Shown here in pieces: positions 1 through 10,049 of a stretch of DNA of 64,000 nt (positions within the stretch are counted from its first letter, which is position 1; each line of letters opens with the position of its first letter). The DNA comes from Saprospiraceae bacterium. Lineage in GTDB: Bacteria; Bacteroidota; Bacteroidia; Chitinophagales; Saprospiraceae. The translations under genes were made by a program, and so were the position numbers. The stretch spans positions 270-64,269 of the forward strand of contig JBLHRR010000013.1 in assembly GCA_047626155.1 (NCBI GenBank), given 5' to 3'. The notes below the pieces were generated by a model. It had not been told where the DNA came from, did no database searches, and worked only from the letters and a program-made list of their open reading frames with translations.

Positions 1-2475
1 TCTAGAAACATTTAAACCAGTTTCTAAAAAGAAATGCTTTTTGCGAATTAGGTTCAAACTTAGAATGGCTTCAAACCCTTTGTTTTCTATTTCGCCAGTG
101 TTAATTTTTATATTTGAAGCACCCGAAGAACTTGGTATTGGTGCATTAAGGATTTGATCAAATGAATTGATTTTGTAGAAGGTGAAATCAAAATTGACTC
201 GTTCATCCCATAGGCCTATAGTCGTTCCGATTTCAAATGAAGTAGCTCGTTGTGGTACTAGTTTTACAGGAGGAATCGTACTTGGTCCTGTTGCCGTTTG
301 ATTTCCACCAAAAGTACCAATTCGATAGGTTTTTTCTAAAAGAAAAGGATCATCATCTGTCGCTGTGTTTGCAAGGGCTCCTCTTATTTTCCAGAAATTT
401 AGAAAGTCTAAATTCAAATCAAAAGCCTCTGTTGCAATAAAACTCAAAGAAGCGGAGGGATAGAAATAACTATTGGCATCTAGAGGAAGCGTTGAAGACC
501 AGTCATTACGACCGGTTAATTCTAGAAAAAGAAAATCATTATATCCTAAGTTGAGAAAACTATAAACAGAATTAATGACTTTATTGGACCTGAACTCTGG
601 AGGGGCATTAAATTCTAAAAATCCTTTTTCCGTATTTTGAAGCGCAAATAGCCATGGATTAGCCCAACCATTTGTCTGGCCTCTTAAACCATACAATTTT
701 CGTTCATATTTTGCGGCCCCTACGGAGAATCGAACATTAAAATCGGACTTGAATATTTTATCTTTTTTTGCAGAAATTAAAAAGTCACTATTTTGTACCA
801 CGTCTCGACCCAGTTCCGTCGAATAGAAACCACCTTCAATACCGATTAAGTCTGTGGGTGTGTTTTTGGTTTCAAACTGATTCAAGGTGAAATCTGTTCC
901 AATACGCCCTGTTATATTTAGCCAATCGGTTATGTCGTAGCTCAAAGACAATCCGCCAATAAGTTTATTTCTATCTAATGTAGTATTATTGTTGTAAGTG
1001 TTCCACCAAAGGTTGGCACCTGAATACTGGAACGGAGAAATACTGCTGAGATCAAATCGGGAACCATCTGAAGCAAAGTTTAATTCCTCTTCTAGTCCCT
1101 TGTAGCTTCGTGGGAAGCTATATAAAACACCTTTGGCAAAAGAGTTTTGATGATCGTCACCTAAGGTTGGTGTATTTTTTCGATGGTAATTAATATAACT
1201 AAGAGAGATATCTGCTTTTAATTTTTTCGAAATGTTGAGACTGGATCCAAGGTTAACGGTGTTTTGGCTAAATTCACTATTGGGAATAATAGCATTGTGA
1301 TCTGTTCTTGTTAATGAAGCACGCATCGTTCCCATCTCCCCTCCTCCTGAAAAAGAAAGATTATGAGTTGTTGTATTACCATTGTTGAAGAATTGCTGGA
1401 TGTTATCCGGTTGTGGAGAGAAAGGCCTCATTTCTCCATCCCACCAGCGAATCATTTGACCTTCCATTCGAGGCCCCCAGGAAACGCCACTACCGTAAGA
1501 ACCAAAACTCGTTGAGCTTGGTTCTCCTAAAGGTCCATCAGTTGGGTAAAGACCAGCCCTTGCCGGATGCGCGGGGTCTCCGTTTTCATCTATCCGGAAG
1601 GTAGGTTCTAAAAAAGTACTTGGAGAGCCAGCGCCATATACATTTTGGACATCTCGATAACGGTAGGGTTGAATAGTTTTATGTTGCAACGAATATTTAA
1701 TCCCAACGCCTTTTTGTTTTTTACCTTTCTTCATTGTGATAAGAACGACTCCATTCGCACCTCGAGAGCCGTATAAAGCGGAGGCTGTCGGGCCTTTGAG
1801 AATATTCATGGATTCTATATCTGCGGGGTTAATGTTATTTATTGCAGAACCCCAATCCTTTCCTCTCCCAACACTTGTGAGTCCTGGTTCGTTGGCCATT
1901 TGAACTCCATCAACTACAATTAAAGGTTGATTATTTCCACTGAAATTATTATTCCCCCGAATCGTAATCCGCGTCGTTCCGCCATCCACCCCGTTCGGGC
2001 TAACAATCTGTACACCTGCCGAACGACCACTGAGGGCGCTTACTAAATTGGGCGCATTGGATGTTTCCAACTGAACCCCATCAAAACTTTCTGTAGAATA
2101 ACCAATCTCCCTTTTTTGCCTTTTGATGCCCAAGGCAGTCACCTGTACTTCTGCCAATTGTTCCGCATCGGGTTTCATGACCATGTCGATTTTGACTTGT
2201 GTGCCAACGACTATTTCTACTTCTTTGTAACCAATGTATTGAAACAATAAGGTGGTTGATTCGGAGGGAACCGTAATACTGTAATTACCTTCGTAATCCG
2301 TAACAGTGCCTTTACCTTGATCCTCTTTTAGGATAATACTCAGACCGATCAAAGGGTCACCATATTCATCTATGACATTGCCACTAATAGTAATGTTTTG
2401 GCTAGATAGAAAAGGTGTAAATAGGAAGTAAAGGGGTAGGAAAAAACTGATTTTTGTAAAAATTTTCAAATGCAT
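1..2475 (-). CDS. SusC/RagA-type TonB-dependent outer-membrane receptor, partial (C-terminus lies beyond the window edge)
   Basis: Absent from the ORF track because it runs off the window. My minus-strand translation from the ATG at 2473-2475 stays open to position 1. It shows a signal peptide, a carboxypeptidase-regulatory-like domain (ISGNVIDEYGDPLIGLSIIL...GNYSITVP) and plug motifs (ITIRGNNN, PLIVVDGV, ESMNILKGPTASALYGSRGANGVVLITMKKG), followed by barrel-like sequence. Confidence 0.8.
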   Translation of the reverse strand, partial: MHLKIFTKISFFLPLYFLFTPFLSSQNITISGNVIDEYGDPLIGLSIILKEDQGKGTVTDYEGNYSITVPSESTTLLFQYIGYKEVEIVVGTQVKIDMVMKPDAEQLAEVQVTALGIKRQKREIGYSTESFDGVQLETSNAPNLVSALSGRSAGVQIVSPNGVDGGTTRITIRGNNNFSGNNQPLIVVDGVQMANEPGLTSVGRGKDWGSAINNINPADIESMNILKGPTASALYGSRGANGVVLITMKKGKKQKGVGIKYSLQHKTIQPYRYRDVQNVYGAGSPSTFLEPTFRIDENGDPAHPARAGLYPTDGPLGEPSSTSFGSYGSGVSWGPRMEGQMIRWWDGEMRPFSPQPDNIQQFFNNGNTTTHNLSFSGGGEMGTMRASLTRTDHNAIIPNSEFSQNTVNLGSSLNISKKLKADISLSYINYHRKNTPTLGDDHQNSFAKGVLYSFPRSYKGLEEELNFASDGSRFDLSSISPFQYSGANLWWNTYNNNTTLDRNKLIGGLSLSYDITDWLNITGRIGTDFTLNQFETKNTPTDLIGIEGGFYSTELGRDVVQNSDFLISAKKDKIFKSDFNVRFSVGAAKYERKLYGLRGQTNGWANPWLFALQNTEKGFLEFNAPPEFRSNKVINSVYSFLNLGYNDFLFLELTGRNDWSSTLPLDANSYFYPSASLSFIATEAFDLNLDFLNFWKIRGALANTATDDDPFLLEKTYRIGTFGGNQTATGPSTIPPVKLVPQRATSFEIGTTIGLWDERVNFDFTFYKINSFDQILNAPIPSSSGASNIKINTGEIENKGFEAILSLNLIRKKHFFLETGLNVSR

Positions 2476-2740
2476 ATAGGTATATTGAAATGGTCTTGTA
2501 AAACAGTAAGCTAAAGTACCATTTTTTTCAATTTTCTAAACTAAGTAATACTAAAAGAAGCAGATAGTTAGGATAAAAGGAAGCTAAGTTGCATATCAGT
2601 TCCTGTTATGACATTCTTTATAGAGAAGTAAACAAGTCTTGTCCATTAATTGCGTCTGAGGGGATGGCCTTATTTAGGGGCAGATGAAAGACACGGATTA
2701 TTGAATAGTCTCAGGGGAATGGGAAACGGAGTATTTGTCG

Positions 2741-3394
2741 TTACATTTCCAAGGCAAATTTTTTCACCACCGCCTTCCTCGTCTCATGCTTCCCCTCAAA
2801 AGGCCAAACCCGCATCTCTATCTTATTCGCTTTCGCAAACTCAATATGCTTTTCAATCCGGTTTTCTATTGTTAGAAATTGATCAGAAGTACCATAAGTA
2901 AAAATAATATCCTTCTGGGAAAGGTAGGGGAGGAGCGGCGCGTAATCAATATCTTCGGGCAAGGCACCACCCCAAAGAACGAGTTTGTTGAATTGAGGAC
3001 GTAGCGCATTTATCCATCTACATTGCGTAGCACAGCCCTGAGAAAAACCAAAGAGAATGATTTCTACTTCTGGGGAAAGCATTGTTATATACTGATCATA
3101 AATCTGCTGCAAAAAAGAAGTGAAATCTTTAATCTCGTCTACCCGATCCGCTTTCGTCATCCAAGAGGCCACCACATCACCAGAGAACCCATTCCAATAA
3201 AAACGATGAAAGCCCTCCGGAGCAAGAATGAAATTTTCTGCTGTATCCAATAATTGAAACTGCTGAATAAAGCGAGAAGCGAGTTGGCCATAACCATGAC
3301 AGACGATCCAAAAACGCTTTGTCTTTTTAGTAGGAATACCTAAGGTGTAGTAGTGTGCTGTTTTTTGAACGGAGGTATTATGTGCTGTGTACAT
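2741..3394 (-). CDS. alpha/beta-hydrolase esterase (phospholipase/carboxylesterase-like)
   Basis: 217-aa ORF with a GFSQG nucleophile elbow and a WIVCHGYGQ N-terminal strand typical of small serine esterases. Confidence 0.65.
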   Translation of the reverse strand: MYTAHNTSVQKTAHYYTLGIPTKKTKRFWIVCHGYGQLASRFIQQFQLLDTAENFILAPEGFHRFYWNGFSGDVVASWMTKADRVDEIKDFTSFLQQIYDQYITMLSPEVEIILFGFSQGCATQCRWINALRPQFNKLVLWGGALPEDIDYAPLLPYLSQKDIIFTYGTSDQFLTIENRIEKHIEFAKANKIEMRVWPFEGKHETRKAVVKKFALEM

Positions 3395-3549
3395 TTAGTT
3401 GGCGATTGAAAATTGAGAATAATTCTAACGCACCAATTTAGTGAAATTAACCGCAACGGCGCAACTAAGGTGCCACGCAAAGCCCTGTAGGCAGGGCTGA
3501 TCAGTTCTAGTTTTAGCGAATGTTGAAGAAAATTATTAATCAAAATTTC

Positions 3550-3606
3550 AATCAAAATCAAAAACCCGAGACGTGGGAATCACGATAGAAGGTTTTGATT
3601 TTGATT
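3550..3606. repeat. AT-rich 16-bp inverted repeat (AATCAAAATCAAAAACC / GGTTTTGATTTTGATT) enclosing a small CGTG..CACG hairpin; terminator-like
   Basis: Complementarity read directly. It lies just downstream of the stop of the minus-strand gene ending at 3632. The loop contains GTGGGAAT. Confidence 0.5.
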
Positions 3607-3631
3607 CACATTTTAATTTTGATTTAATCAC

Positions 3632-4552
3632 CTACTGCTTCCTCCCCATAATATCCACCTTTCTCCCTTTGCCCAAAACCGGAGCAGGCCTTGGCGCAGA
3701 TTCATAAACATGATCAAAAACTTTATCGACAAATACCCACTGACCATCTTTCAATTTATAGCCTCGGTAGCTCCCATCAGGCACATAGGAAGGCTGTCCG
3801 CCCATGTTGCTATGCGGAATTAAATTGTCGAACATGATCATATCCAGTTCCTTGTTGAAATTCAAAGTGATATTGGAACCTGCCGCATATTGCATGAGAA
3901 CTCGGTTCTTAGTCAGGTCCGTTCGGCGAGGGTCAAGAGGAGCGAAAACGGCAGCGCCGAAGATGGGCGTTCCATTTTCAAAAGTCAGTACATCAATGAT
4001 TTTTCTTTTGTTGAAAAAATGAAAGCCATCGTATCCGAATAGCAAATGCTTGGTGCCTTCCGGTGTGTCAAAACTCATGATGTTATAGTAAATCGCGCCA
4101 TACCAATTGTCTGCGGTCATGATTTCAAAGTCCAGAATTACATCATCCATATCCACTGATTTGTCGGACAGTTTGATGACCTTAGGCTGCTCCTCATTCG
4201 TCTGAATGAAACCAGCGTATTGATATTCGTTGATGTCTACATAAAGTTGCCAGGTAATGATTCGGAAACTAGTATCGGAAGGATATTGAATAGAGATGCT
4301 TTGCACGGAATCAAAAGGATAGAAGAAGCTTCCTTTTTTGCTCAGATTGGCCATCAGTTCTACGCCCAAATCTTTGTGTGCCTTCTTTCTGTTTTCAACC
4401 AGTGTGTCGGTAAGTATGGCCTTTCCATACTGAATCATGTTCTGCTCAAATTCCGACAAATCGGCCACCTCTTTTTGGACTTCTTCTACTGGTTGTGCCG
4501 AGAGGCTAATGGCTAAAAGGGTGAAAACAAAGAGAAACAGCTGATTTTTCAT
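3632..4552 (-). CDS. hypothetical secreted protein
   Basis: The ORF track gives 3632..4645. The internal ATG at 4550-4552 yields a clean signal peptide (MKNQLFLFVFTLLAISLSAQ). I recognise no domain. Confidence 0.55.
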   Translation of the reverse strand: MKNQLFLFVFTLLAISLSAQPVEEVQKEVADLSEFEQNMIQYGKAILTDTLVENRKKAHKDLGVELMANLSKKGSFFYPFDSVQSISIQYPSDTSFRIITWQLYVDINEYQYAGFIQTNEEQPKVIKLSDKSVDMDDVILDFEIMTADNWYGAIYYNIMSFDTPEGTKHLLFGYDGFHFFNKRKIIDVLTFENGTPIFGAAVFAPLDPRRTDLTKNRVLMQYAAGSNITLNFNKELDMIMFDNLIPHSNMGGQPSYVPDGSYRGYKLKDGQWVFVDKVFDHVYESAPRPAPVLGKGRKVDIMGRKQ

Positions 4553-4880
4553 CTTAAGTACGTTTAGATTATGGACAGAATTTGACCTTTTAATAAACGG
4601 AATGGGTGGGTGGAAATTGTGCGTTTTTTTTATGATGGGATTCATGCGTTCCGTATTTCATTCTAGATAACCACAAAGACCGCGAAGAGCACGAAGTTTT
4701 CATAAAGTATTAAATGAAATGCTTTAGCATTTTCATACTTATCTTCTTTGTGCAACTTTGTATTACAAGTCTAAGGTTTTGCTAAAAGCTTGTTCCGACC
4801 TTGTGGAAGGAAACAAAGGTTCAGATAAAATCACAGTGGCCCGCATCTTGGGTTTTGATTTCAATTTTTATTTTCAGCGG

Positions 4881-5975
4881 CTACCTCGACTTCCGCTTAT
4901 TATTCTTATAATCCATAAAAATAAACTCCCCCAACCCTTTCAAGCTACTATAAAAGGCCTTTCCATTATTGGCCTTAGTAAACTGATCTACAAACTTCAC
5001 CAAATAAGGATCGCGCGCAATCATAAAGGTGGTAATCGGAATCTGTATTTTACGGCAACGCGTTGCTAGATTCAAGGTCCGGGCAATAATCTTTCTATCC
5101 AAACCAAAACTGTTTTTGTAGTAATCTTTCCCCTTTTTAATACAAGTAGGTTTTCCATCAGTGATCATGAAAATCTGCTTGTTCGGGTTTCTTCTTTTAC
5201 GAAGTAAATCCATTGCCAATTCCAGACCAGCCACGGTGTTGGTATGGTAAGGCCCTACGTTGAGATAGGGGAGGTCTTTTATTTCAATTTGCCAAGCATC
5301 ATTGCCAAAAACGATAATGTCCAAAGTATCTTTAGGGTAGCGAGTCGTGATCAGCTCTGCCAGGGCCATTGCCACTTTTTTAGCGGGTGTAATTCGATCT
5401 TCACCATACAAAATCATGGAGTGCGAAATATCAATCATCAATACGGTACTCATCTGACTTTGGTAGAAAGTTTCCTGAACTTCCAGGTCATTCTGTGTCA
5501 GTTTAAATTCATCTAGTCCGTGATTGATTTGTGCATTTTTCAAAGATTCAGAAAAAGCGATATTCTCCAGACTGTCGCCAAATTCATAAGGGCGTCTGTC
5601 AGAAGTGGTCTCATCTCCCTTTCCTGTAATCCTAGTGTTATGGTTTCCTTTCTTTGCTTTTTTTAATTGACCAAAAATATCTTCTAGCGCTTTTTGGCGC
5701 AAGCCGATTTCCATTTTCTTTGTCGGTGCAAAACCACCATCTCCCGTTTCTGGCTGGTTGATGAAACCCTTGTCAATTAGATCCTGAATAAAATCGGCCA
5801 TTCCATAATCCGGCGTGGTCAGATCGTATTCCTTATCCAGTTGTGTCAACCAAGATAAAGCCTCTGATATATTTCCAGAAGTATGAATAAGCAACTCCTT
5901 GAAAAGCTTTAGCAGCTTATCAAAAGTACTTCCCTCCGTTGGGGCTTTATAATCTGAGAAATTCCAACCTGTCAT
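4881..5975 (-). CDS. von Willebrand factor A (VWA, CoxE-like) domain protein
   Basis: 364-aa ORF. The C-terminal half has a MIDAS-type DxSxS motif (LMIDISHSM) and VWA-like strand/helix alternation. Confidence 0.7.
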   Translation of the reverse strand: MTGWNFSDYKAPTEGSTFDKLLKLFKELLIHTSGNISEALSWLTQLDKEYDLTTPDYGMADFIQDLIDKGFINQPETGDGGFAPTKKMEIGLRQKALEDIFGQLKKAKKGNHNTRITGKGDETTSDRRPYEFGDSLENIAFSESLKNAQINHGLDEFKLTQNDLEVQETFYQSQMSTVLMIDISHSMILYGEDRITPAKKVAMALAELITTRYPKDTLDIIVFGNDAWQIEIKDLPYLNVGPYHTNTVAGLELAMDLLRKRRNPNKQIFMITDGKPTCIKKGKDYYKNSFGLDRKIIARTLNLATRCRKIQIPITTFMIARDPYLVKFVDQFTKANNGKAFYSSLKGLGEFIFMDYKNNKRKSR

Positions 5976-5998
5976 GTTTTTTATTTTTGACTACCCCT

Positions 5999-6550
5999 CT
6001 ATGTGGCAGTTGCTTTTTCAAAAGCTCGTTTCAATAAACCCTCATAATCGGGAAGCTCGGAAGCCCTTCTATGAATATAGCTTTCAATGATTTCATTTTT
6101 AAATAAGGTGAAAATACCAGGCATTTGCGTGACATCTCCCAACTGTTTAGCCAACTCTAACTTGTGTGGTTTATTTTTGACAGACATGCCGCGAATCCAG
6201 GTACTCAATCCGTAAAGCTGAGAGAAGCGACCTTTTGCTAAACCAAAATCCTGATAATAGCGCATGTTAGGGTCCGAGACATGCGATACATCTTCTAGTT
6301 TATAAGTAGAAAAATATTTCTCTGCCAGATCGTTCGTGGCCATGTGCACCACTACAAGGTGAATATTCTTATTGCGAATCGTATCCAACATTTCCGAAAG
6401 ATCGGACAAGGCTTCTTTACAAAAAACGCAGCCAAAGTGACGAAGAAAGACTAAAAAGACCGGCTTTTTAGTAGACAGATCCTTAAGACTATCCCCATGG
6501 TTGGTACGCATGCTGGAAAGAACATTTGTATTTATTAGTGGTGAGATCAT
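5999..6550 (-). CDS. thioredoxin-fold, AhpC/TSA-like (peroxiredoxin-like) protein
   Basis: 183-aa ORF with CxxC in a thioredoxin-like context (VFLVFLRHFGCVFCKE). Confidence 0.6.
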   Translation of the reverse strand: MISPLINTNVLSSMRTNHGDSLKDLSTKKPVFLVFLRHFGCVFCKEALSDLSEMLDTIRNKNIHLVVVHMATNDLAEKYFSTYKLEDVSHVSDPNMRYYQDFGLAKGRFSQLYGLSTWIRGMSVKNKPHKLELAKQLGDVTQMPGIFTLFKNEIIESYIHRRASELPDYEGLLKRAFEKATAT

Positions 6551-6774
6551 TTTGTATTAGAATATAATATGTAATTATAACAATAAAAAAGGCGAATGGT
6601 TGCCACAAGATACGAACTTAAACGAATGTCAGAATTGCAATTTGGATGAAATGTTTCATCTTTAGTATGAATTGTCGGATTGAATTATTTTTGTTGGTTT
6701 CCAAAAAAAAAAGCCACCCGCTGTTAAACAACGAATGGCTTTTATATTTTGTCTATTTGACTAGCTAGATTAAG

Positions 6775-7824
6775 CTATTTCTTAGCCGCTTTAGCCTTCG
6801 GAGGGCTAGCTTTCTTAGCTGCTGTCTTTTTCACAGCTGCTTTCTTCTTCGCTGGTTTTTTCTTCGCTTCCGCTTCTGCTTCTGCTTCTGCTTTTTTAGC
6901 AATGGCATCATAAGTTTTCATAACAGAAGTAACTGCTGCGTTTGACTTCTTCAGCAAGTTCATTTCTGCTTTGTTCAACTTAAGCTCGATAATCTGTTCG
7001 ATACCGTTTTTACCCAGTTTTACAGGCACGCCTAAATAAGTGTCTTTCATGCCGTATTCACCGTTAAGTGCAGTACAACAAGGGAAGATTCTGTTGTCGT
7101 CTTTTACGATAGATTCCACCATTTGAGCGGCAGCAGCACCTGGAGCATACCAAGCAGAAGTCCCCATCAATTTAACCAATTCTCCTCCTCCTTTCTTCGT
7201 TCTTTCAACGATGGCTTTCAACTTACCTTTTTCGATCAACTCTGTTACAGGAATACCAGCAACAGTAGTATAACGTGGAAGTGGTACCATAGTATCACCG
7301 TGGCCACCCATCAAAACAGCTTGTAAATCCTTAGGAGACACATTCAGTTCTGTTGCCAAAAAGGCGCGGTAACGAGCGGTATCCAGAATACCTGCCATTC
7401 CGAAAACACGGTTAGATTTCAAACCAGAAGCCTTGTGAGCTGCATAGGTCATTACATCCAACGGATTAGAAACAACAATAATAATAGGATTCTTAGAATA
7501 CTTCATGATTGACTTCGTCACACTACTAACGATTCCCGCATTGATAGCGATCAAATCGTCACGGGTCATACCAGGCTTACGTGGCAAACCTGCAGTGATG
7601 ACAACGATGTCAGAATTTTTAGTATCTCTGTAATCACCAGTACCTTTCATGCTAGTACTGTAGTAATCAATAGGTGCTTGTTGCCAAGAATCAAGGGCTT
7701 TACCCTTTGCGAAGTCGCCTTTCAAATCCAACAATACGATTTCTTTTACAATGTCTTTGTGGGCCAATACATTAGCAACGGTAGCGCCAACATTTCCAGC
7801 TCCAACAACGGTTACTTTACTCAT
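6775..7824 (-). CDS. mdh: malate dehydrogenase (LDH-like MDH) with an Ala/Lys-rich C-terminal extension
   Basis: The ORF track gives 6775..7965. The true start is probably the ATG at 7822-7824 (MSKVTVVGAGNVGATVANVLA, a Rossmann GxGxxG). Catalytic-region motifs are present (ITAGLPRKPGMTRDDL, GGHGDTMVP). The protein ends with AEAEAEAEAKKKPAKKKAAVKKTAAKKASPPKAKAAKK. Confidence 0.9.
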   Translation of the reverse strand: MSKVTVVGAGNVGATVANVLAHKDIVKEIVLLDLKGDFAKGKALDSWQQAPIDYYSTSMKGTGDYRDTKNSDIVVITAGLPRKPGMTRDDLIAINAGIVSSVTKSIMKYSKNPIIIVVSNPLDVMTYAAHKASGLKSNRVFGMAGILDTARYRAFLATELNVSPKDLQAVLMGGHGDTMVPLPRYTTVAGIPVTELIEKGKLKAIVERTKKGGGELVKLMGTSAWYAPGAAAAQMVESIVKDDNRIFPCCTALNGEYGMKDTYLGVPVKLGKNGIEQIIELKLNKAEMNLLKKSNAAVTSVMKTYDAIAKKAEAEAEAEAKKKPAKKKAAVKKTAAKKASPPKAKAAKK

Positions 7825-8221
7825 GTGAATTAACTTAAGTTTTTTAGGAAAAAGGAGATCACTTAATGAAGTCAAATTGGGACAACATTTGATCTGCCAT
7901 TCCTGTGAATTGATAATTTCTGTAAAAGTAATTATTTTTTTGAGGGGATGTACCCACTGGAACATAATTATCTTACAGAAATAAAGAAGAGGACAACTTA
8001 AGGGACTTAATATTGTTTTAAAATTAGATATGCATTTCTTCAGTCTTATGATTTGACTTCAGAGAGACAGAAGAGCGGATGATTTTTTACTATCTTTACG
8101 TCTGAAATTATATTTACATATTCAATTTATTTTGACTTATTACCCATAGAGGCATGAAAACTGCTGCATTAGCACTTGATCAAATGCTTCTTTTTTACAA
8201 AAAATAAAACAGTTCTAAGAC

Positions 8222-9766
8222 ATGAAAAAAGTACTGCTACTACTAGGCCTTATGACGGCTATTTTTGCTGCTCCAACTTACGCACAACATGAACATGGCG
8301 TTTGCGGCGTAACTCACGAGCAAGGGCTCGTTATCAAAGAGCGTATGCTCAACAACAGAAAAGAAACTCCAAATTACGTACGTACGAGAGGGGTGACTAC
8401 TTATGTACCTATAAAAGTCCACTTGGTTGGAAAAGATGACGGTACCGGTTACTCTACTCAGGATCGCGTATTGGATATGCTTTGTGTACTTAATGAAGGT
8501 TGGGAAACTGCTGATATTCAGTTCTACCTAAAAGGAGACATCAACTACATTGATAATAGCTTCGTCTTTACCCATGATGGTTTCAATAATCCAAACGGAA
8601 ATTTGGCAATATGGAACGAAGCGAATGCTTATAAAGTAAATAACGCAATCAACGTTTTTGTAACCAGTAACGTAGGAGGTAGCAATGGTAACGGTGTAAC
8701 GCTTGCTTACTACACTCCTGTAATTGACTGTGTTTTCGTACGTAAGCAATCTATGCTTGAGGCTTCGACTTTACCTCATGAAATGGGACATTTCTTTAGC
8801 TTAAATCATCCTTTCTTGGGATGGGAATCTGAGGAATGGGATGCTGCCACACATGGACTTCAGGTTGGTTTCTCCAGCCCTGGCGGCAATCTAAATGAAA
8901 AAGTAGATGATCCTCAATGTGCTACTGTAGCTGATGGAATCTGTGATACACCACCAGATTATTTGTTCGCTTTCCACCCTTCTCAAAGTGGAGGTTGTGG
9001 TGAATTTACGGGAGGTGCAATGGATCCAGTCGGCGTATTGATCGATCCGCTGGAAAATAATATGATGAGCTACTTTTCAAATTGTGACTACGTCTTCACA
9101 GAAGATCAGATGAACGTGGCTGTGTCAGATTTGAATAAGCCTTACCGTAACTACGTGAATCCAGGCATTACGCCTAACTTAGACGTAGTGAATGAATTGG
9201 CGGTAGCTATCAGCCCAATAAACGGAGAAGAAAAGTCTTACAATGCAGTTGAGTTAAAGTGGGATCCTGTTCCAGGTGCGACTCATTACATCGTAGAACT
9301 GGATCGTTTTACATCTTTCGATTGGATGCCGCTTAGAGAAGTGGTTACAACCAACTCTGCTTTCATCGGTAATTTCTGTACGCCAAATGTAGAATACTTC
9401 TGGAGAGTGCGCCCATTCAATGAATACAGTACTTGTGACTCCTCTTTCGGAGATGCTTTTTCGTTTAATACAAACGCCATTGCTTCTAAAGTAGAAACAG
9501 TAGAAGGTGTAAATTACTGGAGTGTCAGACCTAATCCTGCAAATAGCTCAGATGCCATCTTCGTAGATGTTGAAGCGCTACAATCAATGGATGCTACCGT
9601 AAATATGTACGGTGTAACTGGTCAACTGATTTCTAGCAGCAAGCAGCTTTTCGCTACAGGAAACAATACAATAGAACTAGCAACTTCTAACTTGACTGCT
9701 GGTCTTTACATGGTTTCTATCGAAACAAAAACTGGTGTAACTACTAAGCGTTTGGTTATTCGATAA
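8222..9766 (+). CDS. secreted zinc metalloprotease (metzincin, M43/pappalysin-like) with T9SS C-terminal sorting domain
   Basis: Signal peptide, an HEMGHFFSLNHPF (HExxHxxxxxH) zinc site, and a C-terminal RPNPA...LYMVSIETKTGVTTKRLVIR motif typical of T9SS CTDs. Confidence 0.75.
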   Translation: MKKVLLLLGLMTAIFAAPTYAQHEHGVCGVTHEQGLVIKERMLNNRKETPNYVRTRGVTTYVPIKVHLVGKDDGTGYSTQDRVLDMLCVLNEGWETADIQFYLKGDINYIDNSFVFTHDGFNNPNGNLAIWNEANAYKVNNAINVFVTSNVGGSNGNGVTLAYYTPVIDCVFVRKQSMLEASTLPHEMGHFFSLNHPFLGWESEEWDAATHGLQVGFSSPGGNLNEKVDDPQCATVADGICDTPPDYLFAFHPSQSGGCGEFTGGAMDPVGVLIDPLENNMMSYFSNCDYVFTEDQMNVAVSDLNKPYRNYVNPGITPNLDVVNELAVAISPINGEEKSYNAVELKWDPVPGATHYIVELDRFTSFDWMPLREVVTTNSAFIGNFCTPNVEYFWRVRPFNEYSTCDSSFGDAFSFNTNAIASKVETVEGVNYWSVRPNPANSSDAIFVDVEALQSMDATVNMYGVTGQLISSSKQLFATGNNTIELATSNLTAGLYMVSIETKTGVTTKRLVIR

Positions 9767-9814
9767 GCAAAGCTATTTCGTACATTTTTCTATATCAGTA
9801 AAATGTATTTAAAA

Positions 9815-9854
9815 AATCCCGGATGATTGATTTACAATCGTTCGGGATTTTTTC
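9815..9854 (+). terminator. intrinsic terminator after the M43 peptidase gene
   Basis: AATCCCG (9815-9821) pairs with CGGGATT (9843-9849). There is an inner GATTG/CAATC stem, an A-run upstream and a T-run downstream. Confidence 0.7.
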
Positions 9855-9866
9855 GTTTCCCACGTT

Positions 9867-10049
9867 CGCTCGGTAAATGCTTTGCATTTTCATCGAGTCA
9901 TCCTGTGGTCTCTGCCATTTAAGGAAAAACAATAAACTCACAAGAACGATTTGAAAGCACTATTTTATGATGAAGTAGAGCAGGAGTTGTAATGTAAATG
10001 GCAAGAGTCCATAAAGGTGTAGATCTAAATGCAAAGCATTTACCGAGCG
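9867..10049. repeat. 183-bp element bounded by a perfect 23-bp inverted repeat (candidate MITE or long-hairpin sRNA)
   Basis: 9867-9889 (CGCTCGGTAAATGCTTTGCATTT) is the exact reverse complement of 10027-10049. An inner complementary pair is TGCCATTTA (9913-9921) / TAAATGGCA (9995-10003). Confidence 0.6.

Noticed and set aside
7825-7965. N-terminal extensions given by the ORF track for mdh (to 7965), and likewise 3632..4645, 10140..10706, 12336..16283, 39991.., 45475.. and 53395..53904.
   Set aside because: Internal start codons give canonical N-termini (a Rossmann fold, signal peptides, or the MurD MKAVILGAGESG). The extensions run into repeats or promoter regions.
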